A stretch of DNA of 64,000 bases from Vulcanimicrobiota bacterium (GCA_963695225.1 OY968762.1:2144001-2208000); one strand, 5' to 3'; positions 19,286 through 31,060 are shown, counted from the first letter of the stretch. Notes: a model not told the origin generated them from the sequence alone. Program-made: numbers and translations.

Positions 19286-19480
19286 GTGGATGACCGCGAC
19301 GTTTCGGTCCCGGGAGCCGTCGACGTTCGCAAGGCTCTCCGGCTCGATCCGATCTATCGTTTGATCGGGTCCGCGATAACGTCGCCGTACGCGCTCGGGA
19401 TGATCTTGGCCTTGCTGGCTCTTCTTGCGATCGTCTTAGGGCCGTCCTCAGAGTCGCACTTCATTTATACCGATTTCTGA
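19286..19480 (+). CDS. DltX-like small membrane peptide
   Basis: Single TM helix followed by C-terminal FIYTDF, directly upstream of DltD-like and MBOAT genes. Confidence 0.75.
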   Translation: MDDRDVSVPGAVDVRKALRLDPIYRLIGSAITSPYALGMILALLALLAIVLGPSSESHFIYTDF

Positions 19481-19481
19481 G

Positions 19482-20507
19482 GTGGCTGACCGGACCGGCT
19501 TGGGAATCCGGACTGGGGCCGCGTTCGTCTTACGCGCGGCGGCCACGCTGTTGGCCGCGCTCACGGCGTTCGATCTCGCGTTTCTCGAGTTCTTCCCAAC
19601 CTTTCCACGCTTGGCCGCCGACTTTTCGGCGGCGTACCTGGCGCGCCAAGCGCGCGCGCTCGGGCACGAGCATCCCGTCGTGGCCCTTGGCGACTCCGCC
19701 CTATGGGGATACCGGGTTTCCGTCGAGGAGGCGGCGATCACGCGCCTGCGGCGCGCCGACCGGCGTTGGGTCAACCTCTCTTACGAGGGCGGCAGCGCTC
19801 CGAATACGTTTGCGTTGCTGCGCATCCTCGACCACGCGGGCGTTGCACCGCGCGCCGTCGTTTTCAACGTCAATCTCAAGGAGTTCAACCCGGTCGACAG
19901 CGCCTACGATAAGTTGTATCCGGGGGTCGAGCGCCTCGCGTGGCCCCTGTTGAGCGCCGAGGAACGCGCGAAGCTCAAGCGCGTGACACCGCAGACGGTC
20001 GATGCGAGATTCAACGAGGCGGTCGAGTCGGTCTGGCCGTTCTACGCGATGCGGTCCGACGTGCGCGCCGCGATCTTCGCCGATCAGGACGCCGCACACG
20101 CCGTGGCGAGCGTGTTCGAGGCTTGGGGCGGGACCACCGCGCGCAAAGCCGCAGCGCACCGCCCGACGCCGGACAAGTTCGAAGGCACGTACGATCTTTC
20201 GCCGCTCGGCGAGGACAACATCGGGGTCTTCTTCCTGCGGCGTGTCGCCGGTGCTCTGCAGAGCAGCCGGATCCCGGGGTATGCGATTCTCACGCCGACC
20301 AATCACAAGCTGCTGCACGACTACATCGACGGCCCCGAATATCGCGCGCAGCTCCTTTTCGTCACGCGTCTCCTTCGCTCGTACGGGATAACGGTTCTCG
20401 ACTACGATAGCGCTTTCGCACCGGCCGAGTTTCTCGACAACGACCACCTGACGGTGGAGGGGAACCGGCATCTCGCGCAACTGCTCTCCCGGGACGTCGC
20501 GCCATGA
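19482..20507 (+). CDS. DltD-like SGNH acyltransferase
   Basis: N-terminal TM, LGDS block I, DNDH block V. Confidence 0.7.
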   Translation: MADRTGLGIRTGAAFVLRAAATLLAALTAFDLAFLEFFPTFPRLAADFSAAYLARQARALGHEHPVVALGDSALWGYRVSVEEAAITRLRRADRRWVNLSYEGGSAPNTFALLRILDHAGVAPRAVVFNVNLKEFNPVDSAYDKLYPGVERLAWPLLSAEERAKLKRVTPQTVDARFNEAVESVWPFYAMRSDVRAAIFADQDAAHAVASVFEAWGGTTARKAAAHRPTPDKFEGTYDLSPLGEDNIGVFFLRRVAGALQSSRIPGYAILTPTNHKLLHDYIDGPEYRAQLLFVTRLLRSYGITVLDYDSAFAPAEFLDNDHLTVEGNRHLAQLLSRDVAP

Positions 20508-21700
20508 TCTTCAACACTTGGGAATTCGCGCTGTTCGCCGCCGCCGTGCTGCCGGTCTACTGGCTTGCCGTTCCGCAGCGTTGGAAGCCGCATTACTTGA
20601 TCGCGGCGGGCACGTTTTTCTACGCCTGTTCGGTCCCCGCATATCTCGGGCTGATCGTCGCGCTGGCCGGCATTACCTACGCAGCGCTGCGCGCGCTCAC
20701 GGCGCCCGCGACGACGCCGGGCCGGCGCAAGCTCGTCTTCGGGCTGGCCGTCGGAGCGGTCGTGGGCGTGCTTGGGTTCTTCAAGTATACGAAGCTGTTC
20801 GCGTCGACCGTCGATGCGATTGCGCGCCACAACGTTCTCCCGGCGCCGCAGATCGTCGTTCCGCTCGCGATTTCGTTCTTCACGTTCGAGTTCGTGCACG
20901 TGCTGGTCGACGCGTACCTCGGAAAGTTGAAGTCGGTCGACGCGCTCGATTTCTCCGCATTTGCGATGTTCTTCCCGACGCTCGTTGCCGGTCCGATAAA
21001 GCGTTACGAGACGTTCGCGCCGCAAGTCCGTGCGATCGAACCGCTGACGCGGGACGAACTCGCGCTCAACGCGTACCGAATCGGCATCGGACTCGTTAAG
21101 AAGATCGTCCTCGCGGACTCGCTGAGCGTCTTGACGCAACCCATCGTGACGCCAGGGGACCCGTACGGCAGGCTCGATTACTGGATCGCTGCCGTGGCCT
21201 ATTCCGGAAAGATCTATTTCGATTTCTCGGGATACTCAGATATCGCGATCGGCATCGCGGGTTTGCTCGGGCTCAAGATCCCCGAGAACTTCGATCGGCC
21301 GTATTGGGCTGCAAACATCGGGGCCTTTTGGCGGCGCTGGCATATGTCGCTCTCGAGCTGGATCCGAGATTACATCTTCATTCCGCTGGGCGGCAGCCGG
21401 CGTCCGCCTCCCTTCGTCGCGCTGAACTTGCTCGTGGCGATGACGATCGCGGGGTTGTGGCACGGCGCCGCGTGGACGTTCGTGGTCTGGGGGCTCTGGC
21501 ACGGTCTGGGCCTCGCAGTGCACCGCGTATGGTCGATTAAGATCGTGCCCATGGTGCCGGCGCTGCGCGCCGGCGGCCCCGCCATCACCGCGCTTTCGAT
21601 CGTCGGTACGTTCGCTTTCGTCGACGCCGGCTGGATCTTGTTCGCGGCGGCGTCGTTCCCGAATGCCGCCAGGGTTTACCGCGGGCTTTTCACGGGGTAA
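20504..21700 (+). CDS. MBOAT family O-acyltransferase (AlgI/DltB-like)
   Basis: PLAISFFTF, AGPI, IYFDFSGYSD, ENF, FWRRWHMSLSSW, GLWHG catalytic His. Confidence 0.93.
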   Translation: MIFNTWEFALFAAAVLPVYWLAVPQRWKPHYLIAAGTFFYACSVPAYLGLIVALAGITYAALRALTAPATTPGRRKLVFGLAVGAVVGVLGFFKYTKLFASTVDAIARHNVLPAPQIVVPLAISFFTFEFVHVLVDAYLGKLKSVDALDFSAFAMFFPTLVAGPIKRYETFAPQVRAIEPLTRDELALNAYRIGIGLVKKIVLADSLSVLTQPIVTPGDPYGRLDYWIAAVAYSGKIYFDFSGYSDIAIGIAGLLGLKIPENFDRPYWAANIGAFWRRWHMSLSSWIRDYIFIPLGGSRRPPPFVALNLLVAMTIAGLWHGAAWTFVVWGLWHGLGLAVHRVWSIKIVPMVPALRAGGPAITALSIVGTFAFVDAGWILFAAASFPNAARVYRGLFTG

Positions 21701-21701
21701 C

Positions 21702-21747
21702 GAAGCGAAGCGGGCGCCGCACCTTCGCGCGACGCCCGCTCCGTTTC
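21702..21747. terminator. Hairpin between convergent MBOAT and pnp (putative bidirectional terminator)
   Basis: AGCGGGCG...CGCCCGCT inverted repeat with flanking pairing. Confidence 0.55.
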
Positions 21748-21769
21748 ATGCAGCCCTCAGCCCCGCGGC

Positions 21770-23953
<2,184 letters not shown>

Positions 23954-24260
23954 AGGTTCTCCTAGTTTTTGTATTATTTGCTCTTTATGCGAACAGGCTT
24001 CGGTTCTGACCCAAAGGACCTATGACCTTGAATGCGGTCTTGCGGCACGACGCAAGAAGGGGAAAGGCGCACGCCTTTCCCCTTCACGCAGGGCGACCGT
24101 CCACTTCCGAGGCTGGCGGATCGGCACCCGGGCACCACGGCACGCGCGTATCCCCCCATGCGTGCCGCGTCGATCTTCATACGTCGTGCGGCTGGGGCGT
24201 TTCGGCCCAAGCCGTCGGCGATGGAAGACGGTCCTACCTCTCCCCCTCGGAGACGGACCG
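23954..24260 (-). ncRNA. Long multi-hairpin 5' leader of pnp
   Basis: Several stems, including perfect GAAGGGGAAAGGCG/CGCCTTTCCCCTTC, CGGCACGC/GCGTGCCG, CGGTCC/GGACCG and a GAAA-loop stem. Confidence 0.5.
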
Positions 24261-24266
24261 GCGCCG

Positions 24267-24294
24267 ATAATAGCGGCGGGTCGTGAAGACTCAA
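24267..24294 (-). promoter_or_regulatory. Putative sigma70 promoter of pnp
   Basis: TTGAGT-16 bp-TATTAT on the minus strand. Confidence 0.55.
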
Positions 24295-24328
24295 TGCGTT
24301 CGTAAGAAGATCGCGCGAATAGGCGGCC

Positions 24329-24853
24329 CTAACGCGGACGCTCGATGAAGAACCGCAGATGCCGCGGCGTCGGCGTCGTCGTCGAAAAGCCGAGCGCCTT
24401 GAGGACGTGCATCGAGGCGAAATTGTCGCGCGCCGTTTCGGCCAGCACCCGCCGCACGCGATGGTCGCCCCACGCCCACGCGATCAAGGCGCCCGCGGCC
24501 TCGCGCGCGATCCCGCGCCCGCGATGCTCCTCGACCACGCCGTAACCGATTTCAACGGCGCCCTTGCGCGGAGCGCCCTTGAAACCGAGCCCGGTTACGA
24601 GCGAGCGATCGTCGCCCTCGACGAGCACGCCGTACCACGACCACCACCCGAGCACGCTCGGGTCGTCGTTGAGGCGGTCGATGAAAAACGGGACCACGCC
24701 CTCGTCGTAGACGCCTTGCGGCCAATTGACGGGCACGTGCGCGTCGAGTTCGGCTCCCAAACGTGCGCGATCGTTCAGCTCGGCGACGAGCAGTTCGCGC
24801 GTCGCCGGGTAGAGTTCGAGCCGCGCCGTCCGGAGCGGTTCGATTCGGACTAT
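24329..24853 (-). CDS. GNAT acetyltransferase (RimJ/RimL-like)
   Basis: EIGY, HRGRGIA, NxAS..L..LGF; frame stays open upstream of the TTG at 24760 and encodes the family-like LRTARLEL segment; start uncertain. Confidence 0.8.
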   Translation of the reverse strand: MVRIEPLRTARLELYPATRELLVAELNDRARLGAELDAHVPVNWPQGVYDEGVVPFFIDRLNDDPSVLGWWSWYGVLVEGDDRSLVTGLGFKGAPRKGAVEIGYGVVEEHRGRGIAREAAGALIAWAWGDHRVRRVLAETARDNFASMHVLKALGFSTTTPTPRHLRFFIERPR

Positions 24854-25119
24854 CGGCGCAACCCGAGGTCGGCGATCAGCTTGCGGTAGCGCTCCAGGTC
24901 GACCTTCTGAAGGTACCCGAGGAGGCGGCGCCGCTTGCCGACCTGCAGCAGCAAGCCGCGGCGGCCGTGGTGATCCTTCTTATGGATCTTGAGGTGCTCG
25001 GTCAACTGGTTGATCGAGGAGGTCAGCATCGCGATCTGGACGTCTGCGGATCCCGTGTCGCCGGGCGTCCGCGCGAACTTCGCGGAGATCTCGGTCTTCT
25101 GGTCTTTGGTCAACGGCAC
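24850..25119 (-). CDS. rpsO: 30S ribosomal protein S15
   Basis: [33 protein letters not shown]. Confidence 0.98.
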   Translation of the reverse strand: MPLTKDQKTEISAKFARTPGDTGSADVQIAMLTSSINQLTEHLKIHKKDHHGRRGLLLQVGKRRRLLGYLQKVDLERYRKLIADLGLRR

Positions 25120-25193
25120 GAAAGGGGCTCCTCATTCAAGGATAGACTCGCATCGACTCCAGCCTCGAAACCGGCCGGGTCGGCGACCGAAGG

Positions 25194-25222
25194 ATGATAG
25201 CAAGGGCGGCGGAGACTGTCCA
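25194..25222 (-). promoter_or_regulatory. Putative sigma70 promoter of rpsO
   Basis: TGGACA-17 bp-TATCAT with extended TG. Confidence 0.6.
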
Positions 25223-25272
25223 GAGGCAGGATCGGCATGGCTAGGGGGGCACCGTTCGTGTAATCTGGGAGC

Positions 25273-27249
25273 GTGATGACCGGCGAACCTGGAGGCGGCG
25301 AGCCCGAAGAGTCAAACGGCGCCGCCGCCCTCGCCGCCAAGAAGCGCGAGCATGCGCGCGTAAAGAAAGCGGCCAAAGCGCTCGGTTGGAAGCTCATCGG
25401 CCGCGACCTGGTCGAGATTCGCGTCGAGCGTCAATTTCGGTTCGGGCCGCGAACGGTCGTCGTACGCGGCCGAGTCCCCGTTCCCGTCCCTGCCGAGATC
25501 AGCGTGGAGCATGGCGAAATGGCGCTCGCGCCGATCGTCGATCCGGTCGCCGGCCAGTTCGCGCATTCGATCGAACGGGCCGCGAGCAAGATCTTGAGCG
25601 CGCCCGACGACGTCGAAGCCCGCAGCGTGTACGAGAAAGCGTCGTTCTTCAGCGCGCTGGAGGAGGCCCGGCGCGGGCTCGTCGGCCAGTATCAGGAACT
25701 CGAGAACAAACGCGTCGATGAACGCGTCGAAGCCGATCTCGGGCTGCGCTTCTATCTCGAAAGCCTCACGCGCGAGACGCGCATCTTCGAGTATTTCGCC
25801 GGCCCGACGAACTCGGGGAAGACGCACGCCGCGATCGAGATCCTGCGCGACGCGGAAAGCGGCGTCTACCTGGCGCCGCTGCGTTTGCTCGCGCTCGAAG
25901 TGCACGAACGGCTTGGAGAATTAGGCATCGAGGCCTCGCTCGTGACGGGCGAAGAGCGGATCATCAATCCGCTCGCGCGGCACGTCAGCTCGACCGTCGA
26001 GATGGTGGATCTCGCACGCGGCGTCGAGGTCGCGGTGATCGACGAGACGCAGATGCTGCAGGACGAACAGCGCGGCTGGGCCTGGACGCTCGCGGTTGCC
26101 GGCGTGCGCGCGAAGCGCGTGATCATGTGCGGCTCCGAGGACGGGCTCGTCTCCGCGGAGCGGCTCGCGGCGCGCTTGGGCGCGAGCGTAAGGGTCCGGC
26201 GCTTCGAACGCAAGAATCCGCTCGCGGTCGTCGCTTCGATTCCGCTGACGGCGCTGCGCGCGGGGGACGCCGTGATCGCCTTCTCGCGCAACGCGGTCGT
26301 CGAGCTGCAAGGCAAGATTCGCCAGAGCGGCCGGTCGACCGCGGCAATCTACGGCTCGCTCTCGCCCGCGGTCCGGCGGCGCGAGGCGGAACGTTTTCGC
26401 AGCGGTGAGGCCGAGGTGCTCGTTGCAACCGACGCGATCGGCCTGGGATTGAACTTGCCGATCCGGCGGCTCATCTTCGTTTCGCTCGAGAAGTTCGACG
26501 GCGTGACGTCGCGGATGCTCACGCCCCCCGAGATTCGCCAAATCGCCGGCCGTGCGGGACGCTACGGCATTCACGAGGCGGGCCAAGTGACGGCGCTTGA
26601 TCCGCGCGCCGTCCCCTTCTTGCGCGCGAGCATCGAACGCTTCGCCCCCGCGCCGAGCGCGCCGCCGATCTGGATCTCGCCAACCGACGAACACCTGCGG
26701 CGGCTCTCGGCGATCATCGGCACGACGCGGGTCGCGCGGCTGCTGCAATTCTTTCAGACGCGCTTGCGAAGGCCCGAAGATACCGATCTGCGCATCGCGG
26801 ACCTCACCGGCACGATCGAAGTTGCGACGGCGCTCGAAATGTCCGAGCGCTTTCTCGAACTCCCGCTCGCGGTGCGCTGCACGTACAGCCGGGCGCCGGT
26901 GCAGTTGCGCGGCAACAGTCTCGCCGTGCTCGCGCGGTGGGGCGAGCGTCACGCCGTTGCGGGCACCGTAGACGGTTCCGACGTCACCGCCGGACTCGCG
27001 GCGCGCGACCGGCTCCTGCACTTCGAGGATCGCTCGCGCTTGGCGACGCTCTACTTATGGCTCGCGCAGCGTTTCCCCGAGGTCTACGTCGACGGCCAGT
27101 CGGTCATGCTGGTTCGCGAGCAGCTCGACGACGACATCCACGACGCGCTCCTGCAGCACGGCGAGCGCCCCCGCCGCGAGCGCAAACCGGCCGCCTTCGT
27201 GCGCCGCACCGGCCCGCCGAAATTCAACAAGCGCCGCTTGCCGAAATGA
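25273..27249 (+). CDS. SUV3-like SF2 RNA helicase
   Basis: GPTNSGKT, YLAPLRLLA, IDETQM, GWAW, IYGSL, ATDAIGLGLNL, QIAGRAGR. Confidence 0.88.
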   Translation: MMTGEPGGGEPEESNGAAALAAKKREHARVKKAAKALGWKLIGRDLVEIRVERQFRFGPRTVVVRGRVPVPVPAEISVEHGEMALAPIVDPVAGQFAHSIERAASKILSAPDDVEARSVYEKASFFSALEEARRGLVGQYQELENKRVDERVEADLGLRFYLESLTRETRIFEYFAGPTNSGKTHAAIEILRDAESGVYLAPLRLLALEVHERLGELGIEASLVTGEERIINPLARHVSSTVEMVDLARGVEVAVIDETQMLQDEQRGWAWTLAVAGVRAKRVIMCGSEDGLVSAERLAARLGASVRVRRFERKNPLAVVASIPLTALRAGDAVIAFSRNAVVELQGKIRQSGRSTAAIYGSLSPAVRRREAERFRSGEAEVLVATDAIGLGLNLPIRRLIFVSLEKFDGVTSRMLTPPEIRQIAGRAGRYGIHEAGQVTALDPRAVPFLRASIERFAPAPSAPPIWISPTDEHLRRLSAIIGTTRVARLLQFFQTRLRRPEDTDLRIADLTGTIEVATALEMSERFLELPLAVRCTYSRAPVQLRGNSLAVLARWGERHAVAGTVDGSDVTAGLAARDRLLHFEDRSRLATLYLWLAQRFPEVYVDGQSVMLVREQLDDDIHDALLQHGERPRRERKPAAFVRRTGPPKFNKRRLPK

Positions 27250-27252
27250 GCG

Positions 27253-27405
27253 CTAGTCGAGGTTCAAGTAGTCGAAGATCAGTCGCTTGAGGGCAGCGAC
27301 TTCGTCGCGCGTGATCGTTGCAGCCGTAACTTCGCAAATGCGCTCGAAAGCGATGGTCTGAATGTTCCACGCGAGCGCGAAGGACGGTTTTCACGCCGCT
27401 CGGTG
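27253..27405 (-). pseudogene. C-terminal remnant of a PemK/MazF-like toxin
   Basis: Reads PSGVK/[frameshift]PSFALAWNIQTIAFERI...LKRLIFDYLNLD*; no N-terminal half or usable start. Confidence 0.5.
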
Positions 27406-27581
27406 CTCGCGACAAGGCCGGCCGCTCTGTCGCGTGCAGCGAGCGCCGGCCGCCTACCCGGCGGCGAATCCGGCCGGACGATCTCGTGCGCCTGTTCCTC
27501 GTCGACTTTCGCGCACTCTATCTAGCGCGACGGCCGCTTCGAGCATGGCCGGCTCGGCGGGAGCGCGAAGGCGTTGGGTGG

Positions 27582-27929
27582 ATGCCGGAGTTCGTACGGG
27601 TTGCCCGCCTCTCTGAGATTCCGGCCGGGGGTGCGAAGACGGTCACGGCGGGCGATTACGAGATCGCGCTCTTCAACGTCGGCGGGACGCTCTACGCGCT
27701 CGAGGACCTGTGCCCGCACCAAGGCGCCCCGCTCGTGGACGGCTGGCTCGATGCCGCCTCATGCACGGTCACGTGTTCCTGGCACGGCTGGTGCTTCGAT
27801 CTTCGCAGCGGAGCCATGCAACTCGGCGACGGGTTCGAGGGCGTCCCGTCGTTCGAAGTCCGGATCGAGGGAGACGACGTCTTCGTCGCAGCCCTGCCCC
27901 GCCGCGTCGAGGAACCCGCCGCGGATTAG
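27582..27929 (+). CDS. Rieske [2Fe-2S] ferredoxin (NirD/dioxygenase ferredoxin-like)
   Basis: CPH...CSWH Rieske ligands; start moved to MPEFVRVA. Confidence 0.9.
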   Translation: MPEFVRVARLSEIPAGGAKTVTAGDYEIALFNVGGTLYALEDLCPHQGAPLVDGWLDAASCTVTCSWHGWCFDLRSGAMQLGDGFEGVPSFEVRIEGDDVFVAALPRRVEEPAAD

Positions 27930-28116
27930 ACCGCCCGATTTCGTCGCGACCCCAGGCGAGTCGAGAATCGCTTCCGCGGATCGACCCGCCGAAGAGCCGT
28001 CAGGAGCCTCCGGCTTCCGCTCGCGGCGAAGCTCGCTAGCTTCGAGAAGTGCCCGGGCAAGCCGGGAACTAGGGGGCGAATCCGGGTCCGCCGGTTGCGG
28101 CGGCTCCGCCGGGTAT

Positions 28117-28153
28117 GGTCTAATATGGACCACATAGCGGTCCAAAGTAGACT
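28117..28153. promoter_or_regulatory. Tandem palindromic operator-like boxes upstream of the AAA gene
   Basis: GGTCTAATATGGACC and GGTCCAAAGTAGACT, starts 22 bp apart. Confidence 0.5.
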
Positions 28154-28180
28154 AATTCTTGGTACGGAGTAGCCTGATAG

Positions 28181-29416
28181 ATGGCCCAACATAAACCGGT
28201 TCCTCGGTTCATCGCGCCCGTTGTCGGGGAGGCGCTCGACGAGGCGCGGGTCGTGGCGGTCGTCGGCGCGCGGCAAGTCGGGAAATCAACGCTGGTGCGG
28301 ATGCTCGATCGGCCCTACTTCTCGCTGGACGATTTCAGCACGCGGTCCTTTGCCCAGGGCGATCCTGCGGGATTCGTACGGGGCCTCCCTGCAGGCGCCG
28401 TCCTCGATGAGGTGCAGCTCGTTCCCGATTTGCTGCGGGAGATCAAGAGCGTCGTCGACCTCGACGAGCGACGCGGGCGCTTCGTCCTCACCGGGTCCGC
28501 CAACATTCTGGCCTTGCCGGGGCTCGCCGATCCGCTCGTCGGACGCATGCGGATCCTCCAACTGCATCCGCTTGCCGAAGCCGAGATCGAGGGCGCGGAT
28601 CGGAACGCCGTCGATGAACTCTTCGCGGAAGATCCGGCCTGGCCGGACGCCGGCACAACGGATGATGCGCTGATCGCGCGTTTGCTGCGGGGCGGCTACC
28701 CGGAACCGTATCACCTTCCGAATGCATCGAGTCGAGCGAATTGGTATTCGCAATACATCGCCGGTATGCTGCAGCGCGAGGTGCGCGAGATCGCGCGGAT
28801 CGACGATATCCCCGCGATGCAGCGGCTCTCGAGCATCGTTGCGGCCCGTTCGGGAAGGCTCTTCAGCCCAACGGAGCTCTCTTCCGACACGGGAATCCCG
28901 AAGACGACGCTGCTGCGATATCTAGCGATTCTCGAACAGGCATTCTTGGTTCACCAGCTTCCCTCGTGGGCAGCCGACCCGGGACGCAAGAACGTGAAAG
29001 CCCCGAAAATATTCGTCAACGACGTCGGTCTCGCGGCGCACGAAATCGGCGCAGACGTCCTCCAACTCTCGAAGAACCGTAACCTCTTAGGCGCGCTCGT
29101 CGAAACGTTCGTCGTGAACGAAATTCGTAAGCAAGCCTCGTGGAGCCGGTCGCAGCCGCGACTCTTCCACTTCCGCTCGCACGCAGGCCAAGAAGTCGAT
29201 CTGATCCTCGAAAGCGCAGGAAAGCGCGTCGCGATCGAAATCAAAGCGGCCGCGTCGCTCGAATCGCGCGATACGCGCTCGGTCCGCCGGCTCGTTGAGA
29301 ATCCGGGGCTGGGTTTCGTGCGAGGCGTCGTCATCTACACGGGATCCCGCGTGATCCCGGCTCACCCGAAGATCCACGCTCTTCCAATCGCCGGGCTCTG
29401 GGCGAAGCGTCCTTAG
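28181..29416 (+). CDS. AAA+ ATPase (AAA_14) with DUF4143/PD-(D/E)XK C-terminus
   Basis: GARQVGKS, LDEVQ, TGS, GGYP, EVDLIL...AIEIK. Confidence 0.88.
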   Translation: MAQHKPVPRFIAPVVGEALDEARVVAVVGARQVGKSTLVRMLDRPYFSLDDFSTRSFAQGDPAGFVRGLPAGAVLDEVQLVPDLLREIKSVVDLDERRGRFVLTGSANILALPGLADPLVGRMRILQLHPLAEAEIEGADRNAVDELFAEDPAWPDAGTTDDALIARLLRGGYPEPYHLPNASSRANWYSQYIAGMLQREVREIARIDDIPAMQRLSSIVAARSGRLFSPTELSSDTGIPKTTLLRYLAILEQAFLVHQLPSWAADPGRKNVKAPKIFVNDVGLAAHEIGADVLQLSKNRNLLGALVETFVVNEIRKQASWSRSQPRLFHFRSHAGQEVDLILESAGKRVAIEIKAAASLESRDTRSVRRLVENPGLGFVRGVVIYTGSRVIPAHPKIHALPIAGLWAKRP

Positions 29417-29455
29417 ACCCGACGCCAGGGCGGCGGGCTGCCGCATAGATCGAAT

Positions 29456-30511
29456 CTAGCGCAGCAACGCCTGCGGAAGCTCCTTGATGCTCGCCGTGCC
29501 GCTGGCGAACATCGCGATCCGTAAGCCCGCGACGAAGTCGTCGAGAACTTCGCAGACGGCCTCCCACGATTCGGTCGCGGGCTGCAGCAGCGGGAGGCCG
29601 ACGCCGGCCAGGTTCGCGCCGAGCGCCAGCGCTTTCGCGATCTCGATTCCGCTGCGGATCCCGCCGCTCGCGATCAACACCGCCCCGGGGAGCGCCGCGC
29701 GCAGGGCGGCCGTCGCTTCGGCCGTCGGATACCCCCAACCGGCGAACGTCTCGGCGAGCGCTTCCCGGCGCGGATCGCCGGAGCGTCGCCCCTCGACGCG
29801 CGCCCACGAGGTTCCGCCCGCGCCTGCGACGTCGATCGCGGCGACGCCGGCCTCGAACAATCGGGCCGCCGTCGCGGGCGAGATCCCGGAGCCCACGCCC
29901 TTCGCTATGACGGGGACGCCGAGCGCGCGCACGAGCGCCTCGATCTTTCCGAGGAGTCCGCGAAAGTTCGTGTCGCCGCCGGGCTGCAGCGCCTCCTGCA
30001 GCGGGTTGAGGTGCAGGCAGAGGCCGTCCGCCTCGATGCTCGCGACGGTCCTGCGCGCCGCTTCGATCGTCACGCCGTAGTTCAATTGCACGGCGCCCAA
30101 GTTCGCGAACAATGCGACGTTCGGCGCGGAACGGCGGACGGCGTACGTCGCCGTCAGCGTTTCGTCTTCGAGCGCGGCGCGCTGGCTGCCCAGCGCGAGC
30201 GCGACCCCGCAGCGTTCCGCGGCGCGCGCGAGGTTGACGTTGATCGAGGCAGCGCGCGCCGTCCCGCCGGTCATCGAGGAGATCACGATCGGCGCGCGCA
30301 GCGCATGCCCCAGGAACGTCGTCGCGGTCGTCACTTCCGCCAGCGCCATTTCCGGGAGCGCCTCGTGCCGCAGCCGCACCTTCGCAAAGCCCGTCTCGAG
30401 CGCCGAGGCGACGTCGTCCTCGAGGCAAATATCGAGATGGCGCGATTTGCGCGCCTCCGTCGCGGCCGTCGCGGGCGCGGGCACTTTCATTGCCGAAGCC
30501 CTGCTCGCCAT
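29456..30511 (-). CDS. fni: Type 2 isopentenyl-diphosphate delta-isomerase
   Basis: RK..HL, HEALPE, SMTGG, GSQR, HLNPLQE..QPGGD, GGTSW; start may be 30490. Confidence 0.93.
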   Translation of the reverse strand: MASRASAMKVPAPATAATEARKSRHLDICLEDDVASALETGFAKVRLRHEALPEMALAEVTTATTFLGHALRAPIVISSMTGGTARAASINVNLARAAERCGVALALGSQRAALEDETLTATYAVRRSAPNVALFANLGAVQLNYGVTIEAARRTVASIEADGLCLHLNPLQEALQPGGDTNFRGLLGKIEALVRALGVPVIAKGVGSGISPATAARLFEAGVAAIDVAGAGGTSWARVEGRRSGDPRREALAETFAGWGYPTAEATAALRAALPGAVLIASGGIRSGIEIAKALALGANLAGVGLPLLQPATESWEAVCEVLDDFVAGLRIAMFASGTASIKELPQALLR

Positions 30512-30538
30512 GCGACCCGATTTCCTTTCGCCGAAACG

Positions 30539-31060
30539 ATGAGCGACGAGACCGGACGAGGCTCCATTGCTTCGTGGGACGGCCGCTCGGGGACGGCCGG
30601 GGGCATCGGTTTCGGCACCGCGCTCGCTTCGCTCGCCCGCGAAGCGGGCCTAGAAGGCGAAGCCTTGGCTCAGGCCGCGGGACTCCCGCATGCGTTCCTC
30701 GCGGCCTTGATCGCCGGGAGCGCGCGCGCGACGACGCCGCAGCTCGCGCGGCTCGCGCAAGCGCTCCGCCTGCGCGCGATCGAGTTCATGCAGAAGACCC
30801 AGTTGCTCTCGCTCGAGGTCTACGCGCTCGGTCTCGATCCGCTCTACTTCCTGCCCGAAGGCCCGATCCGCAAGGACGCGCGGATCTACATGCGCGAGAT
30901 CAATCCGCGCCATGCGGTCCCCGAGCGCGACATGCTCGTCCGCAACCCGACGCTTTCGGCCCTTCTTGCCGACGAGCTCCTCGATCCGCTCGGCAGGCTC
31001 GAACTGGAGCTGGCCTACTTGCTTCGCGCCGCCTCCCAGCAAACCGGAGGAGTACTCTGA
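30539..31060 (+). CDS. Hypothetical protein with N-terminal XRE-like HTH
   Basis: FG..L..L.REAGL....LAQAAGL....L..L..G pattern. Confidence 0.55.
   Translation: MSDETGRGSIASWDGRSGTAGGIGFGTALASLAREAGLEGEALAQAAGLPHAFLAALIAGSARATTPQLARLAQALRLRAIEFMQKTQLLSLEVYALGLDPLYFLPEGPIRKDARIYMREINPRHAVPERDMLVRNPTLSALLADELLDPLGRLELELAYLLRAASQQTGGVL

Noticed and set aside
24020..24170. Possible 6S RNA on the plus strand (CGGCACCC...CACGGCAC)
   Set aside because: No long closing rod with a central bubble; better explained as the pnp leader on the minus strand
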